Source: Mobula hypostoma
Lineage: Eukaryota
Assembly (NCBI RefSeq): GCF_963921235.1
Contig: NC_086097.1
Coordinates: 55,306,001-55,370,000 of the forward strand
Reading direction: 5' to 3'
Length of the DNA stretch: 64,000 nucleotides
Both the position numbers and the translations under genes were made by a program. Below, in pieces: positions 47,849 to 60,739 of this stretch. Below the pieces are notes generated by a model. That model was given only the letters and a program-made list of their open reading frames with translations, was not told where the DNA came from and ran no database searches. The first letter of the stretch is position 1; each line of letters starts with the position of its first letter.

Positions 47849-48553
47849 GTATATCAGTACATTATTTTTCAGAGTTTTGAGACAATAACTGAGCTCTATG
47901 CAAATATCTATGTCATTAATGATTGCAATTGCTTGATCTAAGACAATGAGGAATAGAAACCAACCCTTGCCCACCCTTCCCTCTCCCCGCCCCACCCTCC
48001 ATTTTTAGCCTGCAAAGCCTCAGAGAAGATGCTCCTACAGCATGGTGGGTTTTACTCTTTCTGTTCCAGCCATTCTCATGACCTGACTGAATGAGAACAG
48101 CTATTCAGTTTGAGGTTTGTAAATGGTTTGCTCTCTGGGGGATGTGCCCCCTGGGAAATCAGTAGAGAGTTCGTGCCGGACTTTTACGGCCAACAGAGAC
48201 CTGAGACTCTGAGCCCATCCAGCTGGGTTAGCTCCAGAGCAGGTCAAAGGGGCTAAAAGGGCTGAACCATTAAGTCATTCCTTGTCCTGAAGGAGGATTA
48301 TTTAACAGTGAGGGGGGAGAAAAAGCTTCCTCAGTGAAATCATTGCAGAGTAGTACTTAAGTTTCTGCCTAAACATCTTCAGTAGAGAATTGTTTTGAGA
48401 TTGCACATGAAAGCATGAATTAAATGCAGGAAACATCAGTACACATTAAAGCTAATTTTTTGGATAGTGACCAAATTGTATTAGATAATGGCACAATAGA
48501 TACTGTTTTACTCAGAAGTGATTTTTTTTGTCTCTGTTCCTTTGTGTTGACAG

Positions 48554-48651
48554 GTTAATCAGTTGTTATCATGTTACGCTGTATTGACCTTTCTGGGTGG
48601 CAGCTGGGAAACACAGGGTAGGGGAAAGAATCACTTAAGTGGCAGTGCTAT
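48554..48651 (+). other. Candidate internal exon
   Basis: Strong polypyrimidine acceptor tttttttttgtctctgttcctttgtgttgacag|G; donor TAT|GTAAGT at 48652 (alternative AGG|GTAGGG at 48618); ATG at 48571. Confidence 0.4.
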
Positions 48652-49721
48652 GTAAGTGGAGAAAGCATAGATTACCCTCTGTTCTCACTTAACCCTGTGA
48701 CTGATTCTATATCTTACAGAGCAAAGGAAACAGCAGTTAAATATTAACTAGTCCAATTGAGCTATATGGTGTAAAGACAAGAGCAAGCATGCACATTGTA
48801 CGTTCGTGCGCAGTTCTAGCCCTCCAAATGATTTATGGCATAGTGAGGTTTCTCTAAGATTAGATGTCAGTTGTGTCATTTATTCTCAGTTCGCTGAACA
48901 AATGGAGAATGGGTTTCACAAATACTTCTAGCATGAATGTTGGACTGCAAGTCTTTTTATAAGTCTTCTGGTGAATTAGAAAGAGTTTATTGCACAGAAA
49001 TGGGTTGTGGTGGCCAATATGTTGGTCTGCGCATAAGCACCCACTTATCCTACTTTGACTCAGAATGTCAATATGTACATAATTCATATTAACCTTTTTA
49101 TACAGCAGCAAGTTCCACATTCAAGTGTAGTCTCTGAGTACAAAATTTTCTTTTGAATCCTAGTTTTTAGCTTCCCACACTTTTATTTTCTCTAAAATCT
49201 ATACCATTGTATTCAGCACATGCAGTCTTTCGTGATAACTATGTTGTATTTATTGTGTTAACTCCCTTGTAGATTATTTTTTACATGTTTTCCAGTGGCT
49301 TATGTAGTATAGCAACCAGAATGACTAACCAGTATGGTAGTGTGGTATAAATACCTTCAGAGTAATTTTGCTGAAGAATTTTGGCTATATGTGATTCTCT
49401 ATCATCTTTATTACAAAATTAAAACAGCTTAATCTTTCACATACTGAAGAAGAATTGTCTGACTTAATTCATTCTTCTGTAAAAGGTGATTTCCATATGT
49501 GTTTACATGGAAAGACAGTGTATATTTGAAGGAAACTTTGAACAGTAAACTGCCTGTTTTCTATTTTCATATTTCTGTCTTCCAAAATGTCACTCTAGTG
49601 TACTGTCTTCGTCATATTTATTGCAGAGGAAACTGTGACAATAGTTTTATTTTTGGCCAATCTGCACCCACACAACTTGATGCTGTAACTGTCTCTATTC
49701 CCACCCAAACCACCTCTTTAC

Positions 49722-50300
49722 TAGGAGCTTGAAGAGATTTGGCATGTCAACAAATACACTCAAAAACTTCTATAGTTGTACCGTGGAGAGCATTCTGACA
49801 GGCTGCATCACTGTCTGGTATGGAGGGACTACTGCACAGGATCGAAAGAAGCTGCAGAGGGTTGCAAATTTAGACAGCTCCATCTTGGGCACTAACCTGC
49901 TAAGTACCCAGGACATCTTCAGGGAGCGGTGTCTCAGAAAGGCAGCATCTATTATTAAGGACGTCCAGCACCCAGGGCATGCCCTTTTCTCACTGTTACC
50001 ATCAGGTAGGAGGTACAGAAGCCTGAAGGCACACACTCAGCGATTCAGGAACAGCTTCTTCCCCTCTGCTATCCGATTCCTAAATGGCTATTGAAGCGTT
50101 GGACACAACCTCACTTTTTAAAAAATATACAGTATTTCTGTTTTTTGCACATTAAAAAAATCTATTTAATACATGTAATTGATATACATTATTATTATTT
50201 TTTTCTCTCTGCTTGATTATATATTACATTGAACTGCTGCTGCTAAGTTAACAAATTTCATGTCACATGTCGGTGATAATAAACCTGATTCTGATTCTGA
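49722..50300 (+). mobile_element. Rex1/Babar LINE 3' end, young
   Basis: Open frame 49729-50094 (KRFGMSTNTLKNFY..HPGHALFSLLPSGRRYRS..SFFPSAIRFLN); aataaacctgattctgattctga tail. Confidence 0.92.
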
Positions 50301-51623
50301 TTTAACTTAGTAACCTCACAGAGCAGGGTTCATACTGTCAATGAAATATCAACAGGACTCTCCCAGTGATGGCTCTGTTGCAAATCAATTCTCCTTTATG
50401 ATGCCATACTTGACATTCAATTGATCGTGTGGAAGGTGCATCTATTTATCATTGTCCTGCCTGATGTGTTGAATGTTCAAATCCATTGGTATTTTATTGA
50501 TTTTAGTACTTAGAAGTATTATCAGCCCGAATAATTGCTAAAATTGATACATTCAATTTTATTCTGGAGCCAGGTAATCTGGCTGATTCTATGAAGGGTT
50601 CATAAACTTTCTGTGAGGTGAGCAGTTACATTTTCTTCAAATTGCTTATAACTTCTAGTACACAGACCCACTCAATCTCAGAATGTTTCCTACTACTGTA
50701 TGTACTGTAAGTTTACTAAATACAGTACGAAGTGCTTCATTGGTTGTAAATCTTGATATGTCCTGAAACCATGAAAGGTGCTATATCAGTTATAAAGAAC
50801 TTCCTTCCTTTAAACTGCTTATGTATCAAAGCACTGTACCAACAATGCTTTGACCATTAATTTGTGTAAAATGTTCCATATTTCATATTTATTATTATTC
50901 CCTATTCCCTTTCTTTGATTAAAAATACTAACAACCAAAACTCTTTTTTTGCAGTAATTAGGAGGTTCACGAGAGCAGAACACATATATCATCCTTATCT
51001 TCTTTTTCCACCTCCCTTCTGAATGATTCATAGTTGGAACTAAACATACATTGCAGCCAGCTGTTCGGTAAAGCCTGTTTTTTTTAACCAATTCATCAAC
51101 CTTTGTTGCAGAGTATAAACGGTGAAAAAGGAACTAATGAAATTGAGGAACATTTGGTTAGATGTATCAAAGAATAGAGCTAAGCCAGGGCTGAGTTTAA
51201 TGAGTTGAAACCAGGCACAGAAAAAGGCCCAAGTTTGCATCTTCAGTCTATTTCTATATCTCATTGAGAGAACCAGCAAACAGATATCATAGATGACTTT
51301 GCAAGCAAAATCTGTCTTTACCACCTCCCCAAGCAGAGCATTCCATGCACTTGCCACTTTGTGTTCAAAATAAAAACCTACCACTTACATCCACATACAG
51401 GTGTCCCCCGCTTTTCGAACGTTCGCTTTAGGAAACCTCACTGTTACGAAAGACCTACATTAGTTACCTGTTTTCGCTAACAGAAGGTGTTTTCACTGTT
51501 GCTAAAAAAGCAGCATGTGATAAAAGACGGCGCGTGCCCCGAGCAGCCACTCCTCCCCCGGATTCGGAATGGCATTCTAGCCAGCATTGCTTAAACACTT
51601 GCCTGTGAGCAGCCGTTTGCAAG

Positions 51624-51999
51624 ATGAGTTTTAAGGTATCGGAAAAGCCTAAAAGAGCTCGTAAGGGTGTTACACTGAGCATAAAACTAGACATAATTAA
51701 GCGTTTCGATCGTGGTGAACGAAGTAAGGACAAAGTGAGTTTGGCTTGTGGAAGTTGACGAAGATGATGTTGAAGAGGTTTTGGCATCCCATGACCAAGA
51801 ACTGATAGATGAAGAGCTGATGCAATTGGAAGAGGAAGGGATAACAATCGAAACCGAATGCAGTAGCGAATGGACTGAAAATGAAGTTGTCCGGGATCTG
51901 AACGTGAAGCAACTGCGTGAGATTTTCACTGCAATGATGAAGTACGAATTTAATTTTGAAAGGGTACATCGGTTTAGGGCATATTTGCAAGATGGTTGA
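51624..51999 (+). pseudogene. Tigger transposase remnant lacking the DDE domain
   Basis: MSFKVSEKPKRARKGVTLSIKLDIIKRFDRGERSKD (CENP-B-type N-terminal HTH) joined out of frame to the acidic C-terminus EVDEDDVEEVLASHDQELIDEELMQLEEE. Confidence 0.8.
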
Positions 52000-52170
52000 G
52001 TTCTTATGAAGAACTGTATGATGGAAAAATGCGTGAGGCTAAGCAGTCAAGCAGGCCTTCCAATCAGCCACAGCAGATGACGAACCTTGACCTTCGTCAT
52101 CGAGGCAGGCAGACATCGAAGAAGATGATCTGCCTGCCCTGATGGAAACAAACCACCCCAACCCCTGGGC

Positions 52171-52416
52171 TGTGGAGAATGCAGCGGTAGCCGGGATGCA
52201 CCCAGCGCATCTTTAAGAAAAAAAGCCGAAATAAACAAGATAATTAATTAGGTGCCGCCCTGCACCTAAATGTCGATTGCCGATTGCGTCGTCTCTGATC
52301 TGGGCTGACATTTACGTGCTGGGTGGCACCTAATTAATTAGCTCGTTTATTTCGGCTTTTTTCTTAAAGATGTGCTGGGTGTGTCCCAGCTTCCGCTGTA
52401 CTGCTGCATTCTTCGC
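52171..52416. repeat. Long imperfect inverted repeat (about 100-bp arms, 32-nt loop)
   Basis: 52171-52274 is the reverse complement of 52307-52416 (e.g. catctttaagaaaaaaagccgaaataaac / gtttatttcggcttttttcttaaagatg). Confidence 0.92.
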
Positions 52417-53930
52417 GGATCGGTATTGGTCGGTGGCCTGGAGGGTGGGGACCACTGCACCACCCCAACCTCCGATGACTCAGCCTAACACCATCATCAG
52501 TGTGCTCGGCGCTGTCTTCCCGATTCCCGTAAGTGATACTACACTGTACATATGTTATTTCTACTTTATATAGGCTGTGTATTTTTTTGTGTAATTTGGT
52601 ATGATTTGGCAGCTTCATAGCTTAAAGGTTACTGGAGAGAGTGTTTCTGCCGAGAGCACTTGTGTGAGATTTTTGCTACAGAGAACAGTGCAGGCAATGA
52701 TTGTAGAGAAGTATTTCTATTTTATATAAGCTGTGTATTTATCATATCATTCCTGCTTTTTATATGTTACTGTTATTTTGGGTTTTATGTGTTATTTGGC
52801 ATGATTTGGTAGGTTATTTTTGGGTCTGCGAACACTCTCAAATTTTTCCCATATAAATAAATGGTAATTACTACTTTGCTTTACGACATTCTGGCTTACG
52901 AACTGTTTCATAGGAACGCTCTATCTTCGGATGGCAGGGGAAACCTGTATACTGTCCCTCAATCACCTTAAAAGCATGTCCTCTCGAATTAGCTCTTCCT
53001 GCCCTGGGAAAAGGGCACTGTCTGTCCACTCTATTCATGCCTCTATCATCTTATACACCTTCTTCAATTTCTGTCTTATCCTCCTTCACTCCAAAGAGAA
53101 AATCCCTATCTCACTCAACCTTCCCTCGTAACACACATTCTCGACACAGCATCTTGGTAAATCTCCTCTGCCCCCTCTCTAATGTTTCCAGATCCTTCAT
53201 ATAATGAGCCAACCGGAAGTGAACCCAAGTGTGGTCTACTAAGAGTTTTATAGAGCTGCAATATTACCTCGTGGCTCATGAACTCAATCCCCCATTAATG
53301 AAGGCCAACAAGCCACATGTCTTCCTAACAACCCTATCAACTTGTGTGGCAACTTTGAGGCACCTATGGACTGGCCCTCAGATCGCTGTGTTCCTCCATT
53401 TTACTAACACATCACAAGCTGCTCCAACATACAATACTGAAGTTCATAACAGCACTGGCAGGGTTATGGTAATGTCACAAGCTCATAAGTTGGGAAGAGG
53501 AAAATAAATAAAATGGATTGAGATAGGGTACAAAATTGAAAGACAAAAGCTATATCTGTAATAACATCATCTACTGTGACATGGCATGAAGAACTTCATA
53601 TATATATTTCATAACATTTCATATATGAACACTGGCGGTGACTGGGAGAATGACTATTTGTATGCAAATCTGTAAATGTATCTACCACCAGTATATCAAA
53701 TGAATTTGCTAAACTCCCACTGTTATCAACCATTGTCAAACATATAAGAGTTGGTTCACTGAATTTATAAAAGGTTTGTACTTGTGTTATGCATCAGCTG
53801 GGTGCTGATTTATAAAATCTGAAATTTATGTTTAAAAAGATGTGTAATATGGTCCCTGTACTTGCCTTTTACATTTGTTCAGTAGTATTTTCTTATTATA
53901 CTTGCTAACATTGGCCCAATTCCAAATATA

Positions 53931-54711
53931 GAGTGGATTCCAGTTAATTGGGCCGTCAATTATTCAGGGCAGCTGCTTATTTGCGACAACTCTTAAAGAA
54001 CAAAAACTAAGTCAAGAAAATAGTCGGGATTCCCTTTGTTTATTTGGGACATTATTCCACCTAATTGGGGCAGGAGATTGTTGCCAAACAATTTCTAACT
54101 AGCGTCAGTCACATCATTTGCATGCATTTGTATGACATTAGACACTACATCTTGCTTAAAGTGAAGTTTTTAAATAGCATCGTGTGTGTGTGTGTGTGTG
54201 CGCGCCACTCAAAAAGCAGTGATTTTTGTCACTGACTTTTGGCGAGAAGTAAGCAGTAAGACAGTTTAGAACTGTTTTGCTCACTGCAGATTCATGCTTT
54301 CAGGCTTGGAGATGTGAAAATGGCTGGGAATGAAAATTAAGTGATTTCACTACTTCAGCAAGTTAGGAACTATGAAGAATTTGAAGGTATCGACAATCAT
54401 TTTGAATGTTACAATGGAAATGAAGATTTTGAGGCTGCAAGCGTTAAAGGTGTTGTACAAAGGCAGTCCATTATCTGCACTGGGTGTTGGTGCTGATTTT
54501 GTTTACTTGCACTCAATCAAAAGAAGATGGCAGCGTATGTGGGATGAATTCCTCCATCGATAACTATTAACAAATAAATAATTTGTTAGTTAAAATTAGT
54601 TTGTCTTTTTATATTTTAATTATTTCCATGAAATCTCAGCTGATTGGGGCAGCTACATAATTGGGCAAAAGTGTATTGGTCCCAATGTGTCCCAATTACT
54701 GGAATCCACTG
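53931..54711 (+). mobile_element. Non-autonomous pogo/Tigger-like element, copy 1
   Basis: TA-flanked TIRs GAGTGGATTCCAGTTAATTGGG / CCCAATTACTGGAATCCACTG; acidic remnant NYEEFEGIDNHFECYN. Confidence 0.85.
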
Positions 54712-55659
54712 TACTGTCCCAATTAAATAGAATCGACCGTATAAGTAATTTTTAAACATCTTTGAGACGTCAAGGACATTTGGATGTTCATGCTGACAAA
54801 CTGATACTCTTCCTTTGTGAAATTGGAAAAAAATCCTTAACATTCAGTCCATTCCTAAAAACAGTATCTTGATGGTTAATTTAATGCAGCTGGTATGAAA
54901 TTGTTGGGCAAGGAATTCTGCGTGCAAGCTTCTCTGTTTCTATTGGTTGTCCTGTTGTATTAGTGCATCTGTGACAAATAGATGCATTGCATCACATAAT
55001 GAGACCAGTGTAATTAAGTAGTTTCAATATTTGAATGATGCAGAGTATTAATCAAAACATGACTGCAATTAATTCTTAATGAACCTCTGCAAATGTTCAC
55101 TTTTTGGTGGCTTTCACTTCTGATCCTTCTTGGCTTAACTAGTGCATATTTTTGATAAGTTGGTGTACTTTAGTCAAGGTTTAATAATTACTACTAGCTT
55201 TAAACTTCCAGGGAAGCGGTGTCATGTTGCAACAATTTCACTGTAGGAGGTGAGGGGTGGTTTTGAAAATGCTGGGAATTTGACAGGAATGCTAATAAAA
55301 GGATCTTTTGATTAGATTAGAATAGCTTTAATTTTGTATCACTGCTTCAGCTTTGGATGTACTATACAAAAGACCTGATTGAACTCTATTTTGCTTTCAT
55401 GCAAACAATTGGCAGGGAATACTTGGTTTCCAAAGCACAGTATTAAATATTGTAGGTGGATCATGCCATATCATATTACTGATGTTCCAAGCTCGAAATA
55501 CTTTGGTTCAAAATCTGATTTTTGTTTTGATCACTTTTTGTGGAATTGGATGAAAATTGAAACAGCGGTGTTGTGGCTTAAAAATTAAAGATCACATAAA
55601 GAAAGGAAAGGAGCTTTATAATTGTACATTATTTCCTTATTCCCTTTTGGGTCTGTGTC

Positions 55660-55940
55660 AGCTCAGAGCTATCTCATCGCCCGCTAATTTTTCCTGTAAA
55701 TTATTCTCCCTACATCCTATCACCTCTGTCCAGACTCTGTCACTCACTTGCACACCAGGCAAATTACAGTGGTCAATGAACTAGTCTTTGGGATGTGTGA
55801 GGAAACGAGATAATCCAGGAGAAGCCACGCAGTCACAAAGAGAATATGCACATTCCATATTGACAGCACCAGAGATTAGGATGGACCTCAAGTCACTGGA
55901 GTTATGAGTCAGCTGCTATATTGACAGTACCACTCTGCCG
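55660..55940 (-). mobile_element. Degenerate V-SINE
   Basis: gtctttgggatgtgtgaggaaac...acgcagtcacaaagagaatatgcacattccat is the reverse complement of the V-domain; decayed tRNA-like head near 55880-55940. Confidence 0.65.
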
Positions 55941-56734
55941 TCTGTCTGTCACAGAACTGTTTGGTTTTACATATATACTTTTTAGGTGTACTACAATGAA
56001 ATTAAAATAATTTCAAAGCCCACTGGGAGTAAGTTCTCACTTCATGTATCAGGGTGAATGTTGTGGGACAACACTTGTTTTATGGTTGATGTGGAAACTG
56101 AGGTCATCTGAAATATTTCATAGCTCATTACTCAAGCCTTCTGATATGCAAATCGTGAATCTATGTCGAAGAGATTGTATTGTAAGCCCCAGAACATGTA
56201 ATGGCACTTTTGCTCGTCCATGAGAAGGAAATACCTCTAAGATGTGTGAGCAAAGCTTATCCTTGATGTTCTGGTACAAAGCTGATGTCAATCAGTTAAC
56301 ACGTTGTAGGATCTCCTCAAAGAGATGTTTCTGGAACACATGGCTAATGTGTTTTATTTACAAGAGCATAATCAAGAAATTCTTTCATGTTCCTATAATA
56401 ATGTTGACTTTTTGCAGTAATGCAATTTTTGACAGAAGTCACATGATTGGTCTGTATTTCTTTCATTACCTCAGTTTCTGCAGAAATTGTTCCTGATGTA
56501 ATGGCACTTCAGAATTTGTGCTGTGATCACTTTCTGCTTCCTTTGTTAACTATGGCTTCTTCTGTATAGCTGTCAGTGTTGGCTCTGTGTTATGGTAATA
56601 TTAGAAAATTAGCAATGAAGAACAACATAATCTTGGAGATCAAACAAGGTAGTAGGAGAAGAAGTTAGGTGGTATGGCATTTAGGATTTAGGAGAATACA
56701 GTAATTTTATGTTCAAAAAATCAAAATACTTAGG

Positions 56735-58440
56735 TAAAAGAGATTCTGCAGATGCTGGAAATCCAGAGTAGAAATACCTGAACTCCATTTTATCCCCTTT
56801 GGTATATACCTCAACGCCATTTTACACCCCCTCCCCCTTGCCCTTGATGTAGCCCCTTCACTCCTACATTCATGATACTTCACATGTTCTTAACTTCTTC
56901 AAAAACTTTCCATTTCCTGGCCCTGTTTGCCTTACTTTCACCATGGATATACAGTCCTTATACACTTCTATCCCTTATCAAGAAGGCCTTAAAGCTTTCA
57001 TCTTCTTTCTAGACAACAGACCTAACCATATCTTCTGAACAACCCTTCACCTCTGCCTGGGAAAATTGGTTCTCGCAATCAGCAATATCTCTTTCGGCTC
57101 CTCTCGCTTTCTCCAAACTCAAGGTGTAGCCATGGGGCATGTCCTTGTGTCCCAGTTATGTCGGTCTTTTATGCAACAGTCCATGTTCCAAGGTCACATT
57201 GGTAATGCTCCCCAAATCTTTCTGCACTACATTGATAGATACATTGGTGCTGCTTCATCCACCCATGCTGAGCTTGTTAATTTCATCAACTTTGCCTCCA
57301 ACTTCCAACTTGCCCTTAAATTAACCGTCCATTTCTGACACCTCTCTCCTCTTTCTTGATCTCTCTCTCTCTAAATCTCTAAAGACAGACTGTCTACTGA
57401 TATCTTTTATAAGCCTACTAAAATCTCAGAGCAATCTTGGCTGTACCTCTTCCCACCCTGTCACTTGTAAAAATGCCATTCCCTTTTCTCAGTTCCTCCA
57501 TCTCCACTGCATCTGTTCTTAGGATGAGGCTTTCCTTTCCAGAACATCTGAGATGTGTTCGTCCTTCAAAGAACACGGTTTCCCTTCCTCCATCATTGAT
57601 GCTGCCCTCACCTGCATCTCCTCCACTTCTCAGAAATCTGCACTCACCCCATCTTTCTGCTGCCATAATAGCAACAGAGTTACTTTTATCCTTACCTACC
57701 ACCCAATGAGCCTCCACTTCCTACACATAGTTCCCTGCAACTTCCGCCATCTTCAACGGGATCCTACTACCAAATGTATCTTTATCTCCCTCTCCCCCGA
57801 CTCTCTGCGATTCCTGTGTCCATTTGTCCCTCCCTACTGGTCTCCCTCCTGGCACTTGTTCCTGCAAGTGGCACAAGTGCTACACCTGGCCATTTACCTC
57901 CTCCCTCACCACCATTTAGGGCCCCAAATAGTCCATCCAAGTGAGCAACACTTCACCTGTAAGTCTTTTGGGGTCATCTACTGAAGAGACTCCTCCCCAT
58001 CAGTGAGGCGATGTAGATTGGGGGACTGTTTAGTCAAGCAGCTTTGCTCTGTCCACAATAGGAAGGAGTTCCCAGTGGCCGACCATTTTAGTTCAATTCC
58101 CATTCCCATTCTGATATGCCAATCTATGGCCTCCTTTACTGCCATGCCAAGCCCACTCTCAGTTTGGAGGAGCACCTCATATTCCATCTGGGTAGCCTCC
58201 TATGTGATGGTATGAACATCAATTCTGTCTCCCCTCCTATCTCTTATCCGTCATCTCCCTCTGGTGCTCTTCATCCCTTTCGCACATGATCCACTCTCCT
58301 TTCCTATCAGATTCCTTCTTCAGCCTTTACCTTTTCTCACTTCCTTTCACCACCCCCACCCACCTACCTTCCCCTCACGTGGCTTTACCCATCTCTTCAA
58401 GGTTGCAATCCTTCCCCTCCCCAACCTTTTTATTCGCAAC
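56735..58440 (+). mobile_element. Older PLE copy (RT to GIY-YIG to UTR) preceded by a short inverted tail (56735-56770)
   Basis: FLQTQGVAMG, FLHYIDRYIG, NRVTFILTYHP, HFTCKSFGVIY, RLGDCLVKQL; many disruptions. Confidence 0.88.
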
Positions 58441-58546
58441 CTCTACTGTCTTTGTGCTACTTAGATGGCTTTTAGCTGTTGCTAATTTTCCCACCTCAAT
58501 CAGTAATTTTATTTAAAAGATATGAACACATTTCTAAACTTAAAAT

Positions 58547-58750
58547 AACACACACAAAATGCTGGAGGAACTCAGAAGGCCAGGCAGCATCTGTGGAAAA
58601 GAGTACAGTTGACATTTCAGGCCAAGTCCTGCTGAAGGGTCTTGGCCCAAAACGTTGACTGTACTCTTTTTCCATAGATGCTGGCTGGCCTGTTGCGTTC
58701 CTCCAGCATTTTGTGTGTGCTGCTTGGATTTCCAGCATCTGCAGATTTTG
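58547..58750. mobile_element. PLE-tail palindrome centred on a degenerate hammerhead (58625-58660)
   Basis: 58547-58625 is the reverse complement of about 58640-58722. Confidence 0.88.
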
Positions 58751-59479
58751 TTTCTAACTTTAAAATGTCAGTTTGCCATTAATAACATATCTGAAAGCCT
58801 GTTCAGAAAATCTATAAATATAATTGTATCACTTTAGTGTGTAGTAAAATATTTTTGAAGTCTAGGAAAGCTCAAAAGGTTATACTCACAAACTGTTGTA
58901 ACAAGTTCAGGTAGTAAGTCATGATCGATAGTGGTTTTTCAGTCTTTGTCCTGTCCTGAATCGGTGATCATTTTTTTGTGTTTACACAGTTTGTCCCGTC
59001 TTTTGCACGTTGGTTGTTTGTCATTATTTCTTTGTGTGTAATTTTTCATTGACCCTAATGTAATTCCCTGTTCTCATGTGAATGCCTACAAGAAACTGAA
59101 TCTCAAGGTATTTTGTGGTGACAAATACTGTATGTTCTTGAATATTGAGTTTGCTTTGAACTTTTGAGAATTGCTGTATTCCAAGTCAAGCCAATTTTCA
59201 TTTGTACATCACTGTTCGTTTTTGAAAGTTATGTGAACTAATTTCTAGCCTGCTGCCTTCCAGCAGAAATGCACAATGGCAATAAAATCTTATCTTCAAT
59301 GTTGCGCTTTGTAGATGTTTAAATTGGTTACCACATGCACTGCCAGGGTGGTGGTGCAGGCGCATATGGTGGGCATTCAAGATGCTCTTAGATGGGCACG
59401 TGAACGTTCAGACAGTGGAGGAACCACTGCAAATGTGCTGCCGAAAGCAGCTTGACAGATGGCATCATGGATCAGTGTG

Positions 59480-59960
59480 GTTTAGTATGGTAAAATAAAT
59501 GTGCAGGAATGCAAGAATACATCATGGGCATATCTGTCCCCACCGTCGGTGTTATCTACAGAAAGCACTGCCTTAAGAAGGCATCTATCATCAAAATACC
59601 CGTCATCCTGCCATGCCATCTTCTTGCAGCTACCATCAGACAAAAGGTACAGAAACTTGAAGTGTCATGATACCAGGGTCAAGAACAGCTACTAACCTTC
59701 AATGTTTGTTCTTGAAACATTTGGCAGAACCCTAATCACTACAGTTTAACAGCACCTCTTTGATCACCTTGCATTAAAATAGACTTTTTCATTCGAATTG
59801 TAACATTTATTATAAAAGTTTATAATTTATGTTTTTTTTGTGTGAATGCTGCTGATATGATGCTATATGCCTGTGATGCTGCTGCAGGTAAGTTTTTCAT
59901 CACACCTGCGCATGCATGTACTTGTGTATATGACAATAAACACAACTTGGGACTTTTTCT
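59480..59960 (+). mobile_element. Rex1/Babar LINE 3' end, old
   Basis: HAIFLQLPSDKRYRNLK..TRVKNSY; tgacaataaac tail. Confidence 0.7.
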
Positions 59961-60739
59961 TGACTTTGGATATAGATATTGCTTAGGCAGAAGGGATTAG
60001 TTTAATTACACATTTAATTGCTAGCTTAATTAGTTCCATACAACATCATGGGCTGAAGGCCTATTTCTGTGCTGTACTGTTCTATATGTGTTCTCTCCTG
60101 TGCTGCTTGGAAATATTCAGCTGCTTTAAAGAAAGTTAGTCTGCCATACAAGAAGCCAGAAGACTATTAATAGGCAAAACATGAAGCATATGTTACTTTA
60201 TTAATTTCACATGCTCACTAAAGGATGCATTCTTCATCCTTTTCAAGTTTTTCTTGAATATTTTCAGAAATACAACATGTATCTTATTTGTAAATTAGTT
60301 TGATATCTGCAAGAAAATCTGAACAAGCTCCATATGTGACTAAAGATTGCTCAATAATAAAATAGTTTTCACATATTAAAATATTTCAAACATACATTTT
60401 AAAAAGTACTGATCATTCAGGTGCATTTGATGGATAAATAAGTTGTTTGACCATCTCTTGGTCCAGTTTATTTGATGCTGCTCAGTTTTCCTTTCCAACT
60501 CAAATGGGCATCTAGCACCAGTCATCGACTCTATTTTATAGGAGATTCGGTCAGCCCAAAAACACATTGATAGTGTCAAAGATGGGATATACCAGTTTAA
60601 AAAAAAATGCCAAATGCTTTAATTTTTTTTGTAATATGCATACTGTGAATATTTAGAATGAAAATTGAAAAATTACACACTTGATTTTATTAATTGAAGG
60701 GCATAATAAAATATAGTACAAGAAAAAAATTTCGTGTTT

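Larger units (their letters stand above)
51398..52947 (+). mobile_element. Tigger/pogo-type DNA transposon, internally deleted
   Basis: TA TSD (51396-51397, 52948-52949); imperfect TIRs CAGGTGTCCCCCGC / GCAGGGGAAACCTG; transposase N- and C-terminal remnants. Confidence 0.9.
51305..53400 (-). mobile_element. Old CR1 LINE split by the Tigger element
   Basis: KVASAWNALLGEVVK at 51310-51397 continues colinearly at 52950-53400. Confidence 0.7.

Noticed and set aside
49729..50094. 121-aa ORF resembling DUF1891/ALKBH8 N-terminal-type annotations
   Set aside because: It is the C-terminus of a Rex1/Babar LINE ORF, repeated at 2190, 22309, 23646 and 44735 and followed by the LINE tail; not a host gene
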